The position numbers and the translations under genes were made by a program. A DNA stretch of 64,000 nt from a virus, in the IMG/VR virus record IMGVR_UViG_3300045974_000283, positions 96,001-160,000 of that record. One strand, written 5' to 3'. Shown here piece by piece: positions 48,008-56,223 of the stretch. Under the pieces are notes generated by a model that ran no database searches, had not been told where the DNA came from, and saw only the letters and a program-made list of their open reading frames with translations. The first letter of the stretch is position 1; each line of letters begins with the position of its first letter.

Positions 48008-48630
48008 AAGTTCTCGTCACGGGAAACCCCCGAAGTGGCACCCTGTCCCTCAGTCTGACGCTGCGCAAAGCCGGACTCGATGTCGGCCACGAGCGCATGG
48101 GCAAGGACGGTACGGTGTCGTGCTTCTTCTTCAAGCAAGTCGAATACTACCCCCGGGAAGGTGGAACCGAGAACCGTCACCTGACCGACGGCAAGGATGA
48201 CAACTTCGATGAAGCCGAGTTCGACTTCGCTTACCATCTGGTGCGCAATCCGCTCAAGTGCATCCCATCTATGCAGAAGATCGTCAACCGTCGCCACCGA
48301 CAGTGGATACGGGACATCGGCATCTGCGAGTGGGACCCCAAGAACCAGTCGAACATAGAGTGGTGCGCCTTGGCGTGGTATCACACGAATCTGTACATCG
48401 AGCAGAACCTGAACTTCCCTCGGCTGCGGGTGGAGACCCTCTTGAAAGACTGGCCCAATGAACTGTGCCCGCGTCCAACCGAGATCAAACACTCGCACAA
48501 GAGCTCGGGCTTTCGCAAAGCTGCACCGATCACTCCGGCTCAGCTCACGGATATATCGGGAGCGGCCCTTTCCAAATCCATCCTCGACATGGCGCGCCGC
48601 TACGGCTACGCCAAGTCCGACCTTCAGTAG
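48004..48630 (+). CDS. sulfotransferase-fold protein
   Basis: VLVTGNPRSGT (5'-PSB loop), VGHE, HLVRNP (3'-PB motif), AWYHTN; ATGA-coupled to the GT-B gene. Confidence 0.75.
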   Translation: MKVLVTGNPRSGTLSLSLTLRKAGLDVGHERMGKDGTVSCFFFKQVEYYPREGGTENRHLTDGKDDNFDEAEFDFAYHLVRNPLKCIPSMQKIVNRRHRQWIRDIGICEWDPKNQSNIEWCALAWYHTNLYIEQNLNFPRLRVETLLKDWPNELCPRPTEIKHSHKSSGFRKAAPITPAQLTDISGAALSKSILDMARRYGYAKSDLQ

Positions 48631-48647
48631 TTCAACCCGGAGTTCAC

Positions 48648-49448
48648 ATGACATCACCTTCACAATTAGTTTTTCCAAAAGCGACCTACCGTAGTGTTCG
48701 CGGGGTCATACCCGATAGAGTTTTCACTGTCACCGAGGTCAGGCCGAACGAAAGTTCTCCGAGCGCATCCATCATCTGTTACACCGACGGCCAAACAGGC
48801 ACCTGGATGATGGACCAGAGATCTTTCCTTGAGGAATTCGTTCTGCTCAAGCCTTACGAACCGGAGCCGCCTTTCAAGGTCACCGCTGGCACCCTCTACC
48901 GCCACACCAAGTCCGGCCTCCTTGGTTCCCTGTGGTCCTTGAACGGCTACCGAGCGCTCTTCGAAGTCATGCTTGTGGAGGGTGACGTTCGGTTGCGCCG
49001 GGTCTCGGTCGACCGAGAGCTCCAAGCGAACTTCGAGTCTGGAGTCGACGAGTTCCGGGACCAGACACTGAACCTCCTGTACCCGCCCGCGTCGATCGTG
49101 ATCTTCACGCACCTGTCGTTCCTCCAGTCGTTCACGCCCGTCCAGTTCAAACTTCAGCGGCCTGAGGACCCCAAGCCGAAGCCCCCAAGTTCTGGCCGAC
49201 CGGAGTGGCTGATCCGCATCGACGTCGAGGCAGGCGAGCTGAGCGTCAAGATGCAGAAGCTCACCACGTTCCTGTGTGAAGTTCACCTGCTTCCCGAAGG
49301 CCGCAAGCCCACGGCTTCACAAGAACTGCTGATGCGCCTGCAACTGGACGCCATGCGCCTCTACTACCAGATCCTGCTGAATCGTCTCAAGGACGGTGAG
49401 GACGCGATGGCCGACGCTCAGGTCGTTCACCATATAGGCAACGCATGA
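48648..49448 (+). CDS. hypothetical multi-domain protein with C-terminal helical hairpin
   Basis: RBS GGAG; C-terminus ELSVKMQKLTTFL...LMRLQLDAMRLYYQILLNRL. Confidence 0.7.
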   Translation: MTSPSQLVFPKATYRSVRGVIPDRVFTVTEVRPNESSPSASIICYTDGQTGTWMMDQRSFLEEFVLLKPYEPEPPFKVTAGTLYRHTKSGLLGSLWSLNGYRALFEVMLVEGDVRLRRVSVDRELQANFESGVDEFRDQTLNLLYPPASIVIFTHLSFLQSFTPVQFKLQRPEDPKPKPPSSGRPEWLIRIDVEAGELSVKMQKLTTFLCEVHLLPEGRKPTASQELLMRLQLDAMRLYYQILLNRLKDGEDAMADAQVVHHIGNA

Positions 49449-49774
49449 CTGATGCTGTCCAACCCCCAGAAGAAACCAAGCCGCCTCTGACCGAGTTTCA
49501 ACGCGGCGCTCGGGCGATGTTCGACTACTTCCATATCCGGGCGGCGAACAACTGGCATGGCAACCCGAAGGTCCAGGAGCAGTGCGCCAAGGAAAACACC
49601 CTGCTCCTGAGCTGGGTTGAGGACGCCCTTGAGAGTGTGGATCCCGCCATCCACGCCGAGTGGAAAACTCTCCAGGAAGCCACCAAGAGCGCCTATCACC
49701 AAGGGTATCTCGACGCCTTGGCAACGAAACAGTCCCACAATGCTCCACCGACAACAAAGGCGTCCGTCGTATGA
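49445..49774 (+). CDS. hypothetical protein
   Basis: ATGA overlaps at both ends. Confidence 0.75.
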   Translation: MTDAVQPPEETKPPLTEFQRGARAMFDYFHIRAANNWHGNPKVQEQCAKENTLLLSWVEDALESVDPAIHAEWKTLQEATKSAYHQGYLDALATKQSHNAPPTTKASVV

Positions 49775-50220
49775 CCCCGCACAAACAACTCAACCTCCAC
49801 AAGCCGCTTGAAGGCCAGATCGGCGACTGCTTCCGCACGGTCATTGCCTGCTTGCTCGACCTGCACCCTTCGGACGTACCTCACTTCTACCAAGAGGTCT
49901 GGCACGAGCCCGATGCTGCTCAGACTGCTGAACGCGAACTTCGCAAGTTCTTGCGGCACTATGACCTGGACTTCATCGAGGTTGCCTACAAGGACACCTT
50001 GCTGAACGTCATGGAAGCGCAAGCGATCATGAACCCCGGCATCTACTACCTGCTGACAGGAAACTCAGCGAACGGCGTCGGTCACGTGGTCATCTGCTGC
50101 GGAGACCAGATCGTCCACGACCCGGCCATTGACAATTCCGGTATCGTTGGCCCTTCCGACACCGGGAACTATCACATCACGTGGCTCGTGCCAAGTCTCA
50201 TGCGCCGCCTTGCCTGTTAA
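49771..50220 (+). CDS. hypothetical protein with papain/C39-like Cys-His pattern
   Basis: GDCFRTVIACLL...VPHF...GHVVICCGDQIVHDP. Confidence 0.7.
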   Translation: MTPHKQLNLHKPLEGQIGDCFRTVIACLLDLHPSDVPHFYQEVWHEPDAAQTAERELRKFLRHYDLDFIEVAYKDTLLNVMEAQAIMNPGIYYLLTGNSANGVGHVVICCGDQIVHDPAIDNSGIVGPSDTGNYHITWLVPSLMRRLAC

Positions 50221-50257
50221 TGGCCCCGCTTCACAACCCTCACTGAAGATTTCCATC

Positions 50258-51457
50258 ATGAACAAACCGACCCCGGTCACCGATCTCAACGGCGCGATCA
50301 CGCTCGCAGCCACAAGCCCGGACAGCCATCTGTTCCGGCTGCTCTACCTTCTCCAGTCCGAACAGTATCACGGCGTCGTGGCCCAGACCGAGAGCCGCAA
50401 CGGCCCCGTCCTGCGCTTCACGGTGCCTGTCATCACTTCGTGGATTTGCCCCGATCAGCGCGTGAGCTTCTGGGACAAGCGCGATGCCAATCCATTCTTC
50501 CACTACATGGAAGCGATCTGGATGTTGGCGGGCCGCGACGACGTTGCCTTCCCGTCCTACTTTGCCAAGCAGATCAAGCAATTCTCCGACGACGGTGAGA
50601 CCTTGAACGGTGCCTACGGCTATCGCTGGCGCAACTTCTTCGACAACGGCAACTTCGATCAACTCGAAGACGCCATCGCTCAGCTCAAGGCGAATCCCTC
50701 GTCGCGTCGCGTCATCCTGCAGATGTGGCACGCGGTCGCTGATCCGCAGAGCGCCGCTGAGGGCTCGAAGGACGTCCCCTGCAATATCTCGGTGATGTTC
50801 GATGCCGTCAACGGCAAGCTGAACATGACCGTCGTCTGCCGCTCCAACGACATCATCTGGGGTGCCACGGGCGCGAACGTGGTCCACTTCTCGATTCTGC
50901 ACGAGTACGTCTCGGCGGCTGCGGGCCTGCGCGCTGGCACCTATCATCAGGTGAGCAACAACCTTCACGTCTACACCGAGTTCCCGGTCTCGAAGCCGCT
51001 GCTGGAAGCCACGGACGATCCGACACCGGAAGAACTGCGCGGTGACTATCCGGGCGAGGCGCTCGACCTGTACGCGGCGCGTGAGAACGGTCTTTTCCCG
51101 ATGCCGCTGTTCCGTTCGAACGAAGTGGTCGATGCCGACGAGTTCGATGATGTCCTGCTGGATACAGACTTCCTGGACGCGATTCGGGAAGAGTTCGACG
51201 AGGATAGTGTTTCGCGTCAGCAGAACATCCAAGCGTACATTGACGCCTTGAAGGAAATGGCGATTACCGGAGCTGGATGGCGGCAACACGCCAACGTGAT
51301 GCAGGCTGCTTTCATCATGCACCGCGAGCTTGGTCAAACCTCTGAGGCCATCGAGTACCTCAAGGAAGCCAACATCGGCCCCGACTGGAAGCTCGCATGT
51401 GTCAACTGGCTCCAACGCCGTCTGGACGCCGCCAAGGCAAAGGAGATCGCAGCATGA
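50258..51457 (+). CDS. thymidylate synthase-superfamily enzyme, probable dUMP hydroxymethylase (5hmdUMP synthase)
   Basis: SRNG, ANPFFHYMEAIWMLAG, GAYGYRWR, SRRVILQMW, catalytic KDVPCN, RSNDIIWGATGAN (Asn suggests dUMP specificity), NNLHVY. Confidence 0.85.
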   Translation: MNKPTPVTDLNGAITLAATSPDSHLFRLLYLLQSEQYHGVVAQTESRNGPVLRFTVPVITSWICPDQRVSFWDKRDANPFFHYMEAIWMLAGRDDVAFPSYFAKQIKQFSDDGETLNGAYGYRWRNFFDNGNFDQLEDAIAQLKANPSSRRVILQMWHAVADPQSAAEGSKDVPCNISVMFDAVNGKLNMTVVCRSNDIIWGATGANVVHFSILHEYVSAAAGLRAGTYHQVSNNLHVYTEFPVSKPLLEATDDPTPEELRGDYPGEALDLYAARENGLFPMPLFRSNEVVDADEFDDVLLDTDFLDAIREEFDEDSVSRQQNIQAYIDALKEMAITGAGWRQHANVMQAAFIMHRELGQTSEAIEYLKEANIGPDWKLACVNWLQRRLDAAKAKEIAA

Positions 51458-52149
51458 AAGACCGCTTGATTGGCTTGGGTCTCCCGCACGACCCCGAGTT
51501 CGCCGCTCGGGTTCAGTCATTCACGGCTGTCCACGCTCATGTTCGTGGCTGCGCGACCAAGCGCTACCACACTGAGCCCACGCTGCAGAACGAGACGGTC
51601 GGCGCTCACGTCGGCTTCATGGTCGGTGCGGCCTTCATCATCTACGACACGCCTTCGCTGGCGCTACTCAAGGCCATCAGCCTGCACGATCACATGGAAG
51701 CCATCACTGGCGACATGCCCGCGCCGATGAAGGTCCGGAGGCCCGAGCTGAAAGCCATCATCGACGAACTGGAGATGGAGTTCCACGGCGAGTCGAAGCT
51801 GCCCGGCTGGCCCATGCTTGACGCGCACGAAGAACGGCAACTGAAGGTCTTGGACCGCCTGTCAGGAGTCGCCTGCGCCTCGCAAGAACTTCGCATGGGC
51901 AACTGGAGCGTCCACCACGTTCTGGGTGCCTTCTGCGGTTACTTCGCGACGCTGAAGCCCGAATGGAAGGAGCTCTACTTCTTCGAGGGTCTTCTGGACA
52001 CCGCACCGAATCGCAACCGGGCTGTCCCCGACGACACAAAGCGTCTGTTCGAGGCGATGGTCAAGAGCGTCCGTGAGGCGGCGTCTCCCAAATACCGCAC
52101 GAACCCCAAGCCGGACGGCATGTCTTCCCTCGGTCCAATCGCGAGCTGA
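51454..52149 (+). CDS. HD-domain 5'-deoxynucleotidase (YfbR-like)
   Basis: RYHT...ETVGAH...LHDHMEAITGDMPAPMK...LKVLDRL; ATGA-coupled to the TS homologue. Confidence 0.85.
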   Translation: MKDRLIGLGLPHDPEFAARVQSFTAVHAHVRGCATKRYHTEPTLQNETVGAHVGFMVGAAFIIYDTPSLALLKAISLHDHMEAITGDMPAPMKVRRPELKAIIDELEMEFHGESKLPGWPMLDAHEERQLKVLDRLSGVACASQELRMGNWSVHHVLGAFCGYFATLKPEWKELYFFEGLLDTAPNRNRAVPDDTKRLFEAMVKSVREAASPKYRTNPKPDGMSSLGPIAS

Positions 52150-52152
52150 ATC

Positions 52153-52455
52153 ATGGGCCACTACCTTAGCGAGATGCAGTGCAACGACTGCGGTCGCGTC
52201 CGCTGCGAGTGCAAGCGCAAGCCGGACCCGGAGCCGGAGTGGACGATCAACGACAAGTTCGAGGTCGTTCACCGTGACACGATATCTCTCATGTATCGGT
52301 CTCGGGCAACTTGGTTCTATACCAAGGAAGCTGCTGAAAACATGGTCTTGCCTACTCTCGAGGACAGTATCAAGATGGCGCAGGAACGCATTGAGCAAGA
52401 CAAGAAACGGGTCGCCAAGCTGAAAGACCTACGCAAGAAACTGGAGTCCAAATGA
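52153..52455 (+). CDS. hypothetical protein (CxxC..CxC plus coiled coil)
   Basis: 100-aa ORF coupled to the next gene. Confidence 0.7.
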   Translation: MGHYLSEMQCNDCGRVRCECKRKPDPEPEWTINDKFEVVHRDTISLMYRSRATWFYTKEAAENMVLPTLEDSIKMAQERIEQDKKRVAKLKDLRKKLESK

Positions 52456-52640
52456 CATCTCTCACCCTCATGAACATTGGAGTGGGCCTGCTCGGCGTCG
52501 CCGTTCTGCTCCACGGCGGGATCTCTTTCTTCTCGACAGGCTACTCGAAGGCCGGGTACATAGCGCTTGTCAGCGTCTGCTGTACGTCCATCGTTTGCAT
52601 GTTGTCAGCGCTCACATGGGTTCAGTTCTTCCACCCCTAG
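52452..52640 (+). CDS. small two-TM membrane protein
   Basis: 62 aa, two hydrophobic segments. Confidence 0.6.
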   Translation: MTSLTLMNIGVGLLGVAVLLHGGISFFSTGYSKAGYIALVSVCCTSIVCMLSALTWVQFFHP

Positions 52641-52673
52641 CAATTTTAGGGGTTCCAACACCCGGAGACTTCC

Positions 52674-53135
52674 ATGTCGCTCACCGCTGCCCAGATTCTC
52701 AAGTCCCTCGCCCGAGTGCCACCCGGCAAAGACGGCGAGGACCGTTTCGATCGTGCCACCCGCGTGAAGGTAACCGAGCTCAAGCGCGGCAAGGTCAAGA
52801 CGAACGGCAACATCCGCTTCCTGTGCAAGACCAAGACCCCGGAACACGTCAAGGGTCGCCTCATCGTGGAGACTTACGTCACCTCGGTCGAGTTCAAGAT
52901 GCAGGGCAAGATGGCGGGCAAGTACGTCATTGTCTCCTGCGGATGCCCGGACTTCTGCTTCATGTGGGAATACAACCTCACGCAGAAGGATGCGTCCATG
53001 ATCAAGTACGGCAACGGCGAGGCCCCCACGAAGCCGATTCCTATCGGCATGTGCAAGCATCTGATCCGCACCTTCGATCAGCTCGTGACAAAGGCTCAAG
53101 TCGACTCCAAATTCGTACTCCCGGTGACCACATGA
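52674..53135 (+). CDS. SWIM zinc-finger protein
   Basis: VSCGCPDF...MCKH (CxC-x(n)-CxH); RBS GGAG. Confidence 0.8.
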   Translation: MSLTAAQILKSLARVPPGKDGEDRFDRATRVKVTELKRGKVKTNGNIRFLCKTKTPEHVKGRLIVETYVTSVEFKMQGKMAGKYVIVSCGCPDFCFMWEYNLTQKDASMIKYGNGEAPTKPIPIGMCKHLIRTFDQLVTKAQVDSKFVLPVTT

Positions 53136-54109
53136 GCAATAACTACGCACACAGCACCAACTTCGCCGGGATGAAGAATGTCGCAGAGCAGTTCGACTCG
53201 AACCTGACCTCCGCACAGTATCTTCAGGCGTTGGACAGCCTCCTGTTCCGCGCCTACTCGCCGATCATAATGGCGACCAACTCATTCGACGCCCTCGTGG
53301 GTCAGCTCATCGGCTGGCAAGAAACTACACGCAAGCGCAAGGTCTCGTTCCAGCATCGGGACGAGTTCATTCCCATCGCACTGACTTGGCTGTGTCTACC
53401 GTCTCGGGAAGAGAAGGCCGCACGGGCTGCGGATCTGCTGCTGGACCGGGCTGCTCTAGCTGAGTTCGTCGAAACCTTCATAAGCTCGATGGATCGATTC
53501 GAGCAGGCGTCCAACCTCCTGCTGACCGACAAGGACGGCAACCCGTGTTCCATCGATGAGCACATGGCCTTCGCCCACTCCGTCGTGGACTCGTGTGGTG
53601 CGCCATCCATAGGTGTTCTGCTAAACGCCATCACCGAGAGCAAGCTCTACATCAGCCGTTATCACAAGTTCGCGGAAGCCATCATGACGCGGTTCACCCG
53701 CCTCTGCCTGATGACTGCTCAGCGCGACTACGTGAACGTCTTCGGGCACTCCATTGATTTGAACGACGCTGTCCAGGTCTACATGATGGTGGCCCGCCGC
53801 GCCATCGACAAGTGTGACCCGCGCCAAGGCGTCCTCACCTCGCACATCCAGTCCTGGCTCAAGTCCGGTCGCTCCATCATCGCCGACCAACAGAAAGGCG
53901 ACGGCAGCGCCATCACGCTGGATGACACCGAGGAAGAACCTTACGAGGGCTCCGAGGCGGAAGCGGTCAGTCGCAGCGAACATTCAAGCCGCGTCAGCGA
54001 GATCGCCCGTCTTGTTGACCCCGAAGGCTACGGTCGAGCTTGGCTCGGCCTGAACGAATCACCAACCTGGATACGCTCACAAATGGAAGCCCTCACCACG
54101 CATCAGTAA
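53132..54109 (+). CDS. sigma70 region-2-like protein (putative phage sigma factor)
   Basis: LNDAVQVYMMVARRAIDKCDPRQGVLTSHIQSWL parallels the region 2.2-2.3 pattern DLxQ..L.RA.DKFDP..G....Y...W; ATGA-coupled to the SWIM gene. Confidence 0.65.
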   Translation: MSNNYAHSTNFAGMKNVAEQFDSNLTSAQYLQALDSLLFRAYSPIIMATNSFDALVGQLIGWQETTRKRKVSFQHRDEFIPIALTWLCLPSREEKAARAADLLLDRAALAEFVETFISSMDRFEQASNLLLTDKDGNPCSIDEHMAFAHSVVDSCGAPSIGVLLNAITESKLYISRYHKFAEAIMTRFTRLCLMTAQRDYVNVFGHSIDLNDAVQVYMMVARRAIDKCDPRQGVLTSHIQSWLKSGRSIIADQQKGDGSAITLDDTEEEPYEGSEAEAVSRSEHSSRVSEIARLVDPEGYGRAWLGLNESPTWIRSQMEALTTHQ

Positions 54110-54157
54110 ACCTTCACAACCATCACGCGTCCCCTTCACACAAACCGAAAGTTCACC

Positions 54158-54823
54158 ATGTCCACCAAGAAAACCAAGGCTCCGGCCAAGGCTGCACCCG
54201 CCCCGGCGTCCAAGCCTGTTCTCAAGAACGCACCGAAGCCCGCTGCGAAAACTGCCGCTCCGGCCGCGAAGCCTGCTCCCGGGGCGAAACCCAAGAAGGT
54301 CAATCCTGCTGAGCTGAAGGTCGCCGCCAAGGAACTTGGTCTGGTGAAGAAAGCCCTCAAGGGTGCAATCGCTGCAACGCCGAAGCCGCCCAAGACGTCC
54401 AGACCCTTAAAGCCGATTCTGATCGTTCCGATCTTCCCGGCTGTCACTGGCCTAGGAATCCTGAAGGTCACGGAAGTCGCCGGTGAGTTCAACAACCGGC
54501 TCGAACTTCTGCTGCGCTCCCTGCCGCTGCAACTGGCCGTCCACTACCGTCAGCGCGCGACGCCGTTCATCGGCTCCGACATGCAGAAGCCCATGACCGG
54601 TGTCTACATCGGTTTCCTGGCAAGTCAATCAATTCCCGCACCCGCTTTCGTCTACTACTCCAGCCAACTCGACCGCTGGTCCTACTTCCACGACACCTGG
54701 GACGGTATGCTTTCGGCCATGAACGGCGGCAACGATGCCCCTGGCCTGCGCCCCGCAAGCAAGAAGGCGATCCCCGATATCTTCTACTGGTCTGGGTTCA
54801 ACCACGACCCGATGGAAGTCTGA
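54158..54823 (+). CDS. hypothetical protein with histone H1-like N-terminus
   Basis: KKTKAPAKAAPAPASKP...KPAAK repeats over about 80 aa. Confidence 0.8.
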   Translation: MSTKKTKAPAKAAPAPASKPVLKNAPKPAAKTAAPAAKPAPGAKPKKVNPAELKVAAKELGLVKKALKGAIAATPKPPKTSRPLKPILIVPIFPAVTGLGILKVTEVAGEFNNRLELLLRSLPLQLAVHYRQRATPFIGSDMQKPMTGVYIGFLASQSIPAPAFVYYSSQLDRWSYFHDTWDGMLSAMNGGNDAPGLRPASKKAIPDIFYWSGFNHDPMEV

Positions 54824-54848
54824 ACTTCACACCCACCAAGGAACACCC

Positions 54849-55769
54849 ATGCAAGCTCCACTCCCACTGAAAGAGCTCTACGAAGCTCAGGTCGCGCTCA
54901 ACGCCAAGACCCTCCCGGCCTTCCTGCCCTGCGGCGCGGCAAAGAAAGTCTTCATCGATGCGCGTGACCAATCTATCCGCCTCCCGGTAGACTTCAAGCA
55001 AGCCATGCAGCGCGAGCTCGATGAGCTGGCCGTCGTGCTGCCCTTCGGCCACTGGAAGGATACCGCCAAGCAGATGCGCGCCATCAGCTTCAACGACTTC
55101 CAAAATCTCCTCCTGGAACTGGTGGACATTTTCCACTTCCTGATGAGCGAGAACTTGGTCGAAGTGGCTTCGGTCTGCAACGACGGTCAACCTGATCTTG
55201 ACGTGATCGTCAAGCACTCGGTGGCTCGCCACACAGAGGCCCTCCTGTTCCTGGCACCCCGTGACCCGTCGATCACGACCTTCGCAGACGTCTGGCACAA
55301 GGTGAACGAGAACGGCCAGATGAACATCGGCGACTTCTGCACACTCGCCAACCTGAACACTGAGGTGAGCAGTTTCAGCGCTCGGCTGGCCCCCGGTGCC
55401 ACGCTCGAATCGGAGCGCGTGATCTACAACTTCCACACCCTCCTGAGCATGTTCGGCTTCTCGAACGATGACCTGCTCACGGTCTATCGCGGCAAGGGCG
55501 TTCTCAACGAGTTCCGCCAGTGCAACGGCTACCGCGACGGCAGCTACATCAAGCAATGGAAGGGCGCTGGAACTTCCACCATCGAGGACAACGTGGTGAT
55601 GCTCGGCATGATCAGCCGGAGCATTCCGGCCTTCCTGCCCGATGGTGTCGAGCCCTACGACTTCTCACCCGGCGAACTGTTCATGATGTTGGACGCCGAG
55701 TACAAGGCGATGAAGGCTGTCCTGGAGTCGAAGAGCCGCACCTTCAAAACTTCAGACGCCCACTCTTGA
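54849..55769 (+). CDS. dut: dimeric all-alpha dUTPase
   Basis: QVALN, ELDEL...HWK, LELVDIFHFLMS, YRGKGVLNEFRQCNGYRDGSYIKQW, EDN. Confidence 0.88.
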   Translation: MQAPLPLKELYEAQVALNAKTLPAFLPCGAAKKVFIDARDQSIRLPVDFKQAMQRELDELAVVLPFGHWKDTAKQMRAISFNDFQNLLLELVDIFHFLMSENLVEVASVCNDGQPDLDVIVKHSVARHTEALLFLAPRDPSITTFADVWHKVNENGQMNIGDFCTLANLNTEVSSFSARLAPGATLESERVIYNFHTLLSMFGFSNDDLLTVYRGKGVLNEFRQCNGYRDGSYIKQWKGAGTSTIEDNVVMLGMISRSIPAFLPDGVEPYDFSPGELFMMLDAEYKAMKAVLESKSRTFKTSDAHS

Positions 55770-55825
55770 ACTTTCGAGGCCGGGCTGTTAATGCACGGCC
55801 AACTTCCACAACCCATAGGTGAACT

Positions 55826-56197
55826 ATGCCAACTGAACAAGAAATCGAAGCCGAGATTGTGCGCAAGGGCCTCACGGCTCCGCGCATCACCCCGATCTTC
55901 ATCGACAGTCTCATCGTCAAGGAAGACTACCACGTTTTCCCCGGCTCCCGAGTGACGGTCTGCGCGTTGTTCCTCAAGAACGGCTACGTCGTCGTCGGCG
56001 AAGGCGCGGCTGCGCACTCCGCAAACTTCGATGCTGAGACCGGCCGTCAAGCTGCTCGCAGAGTCGCTCGCGAGAAGATCTGGCCGCTGGCCGGATACGC
56101 CCTGCGCGAGCAGCTGACACAGGCTCACGATCTGGCGCTCGAAGTCGCGGCCGAGGCACAGGCGGAAGCTGACGCTCAGGCTCAAACAGCTCTCTGA
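55826..56197 (+). CDS. N4 Gp49 / Sf6 gp66 family protein
   Basis: TAPRITP..IDSLI..EDY...VTVCALFLKNGY.VVGE.A.....NFDAETGRQAAR..A.EKIWPLAGYALREQL. Confidence 0.85.
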   Translation: MPTEQEIEAEIVRKGLTAPRITPIFIDSLIVKEDYHVFPGSRVTVCALFLKNGYVVVGEGAAAHSANFDAETGRQAARRVAREKIWPLAGYALREQLTQAHDLALEVAAEAQAEADAQAQTAL

Positions 56198-56223
56198 ATT
56201 TCTCAACACCTTACGAGGTATCA

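Noticed and set aside
50258-51457. dCMP hydroxymethylase (T4 gp42-like, 5hmC pathway) or ordinary ThyA
   Set aside because: The specificity residue is Asn, not Asp, and the sequence pattern and neighbours fit 5hmU phages. Ordinary ThyA is less likely but not excluded without an assay.
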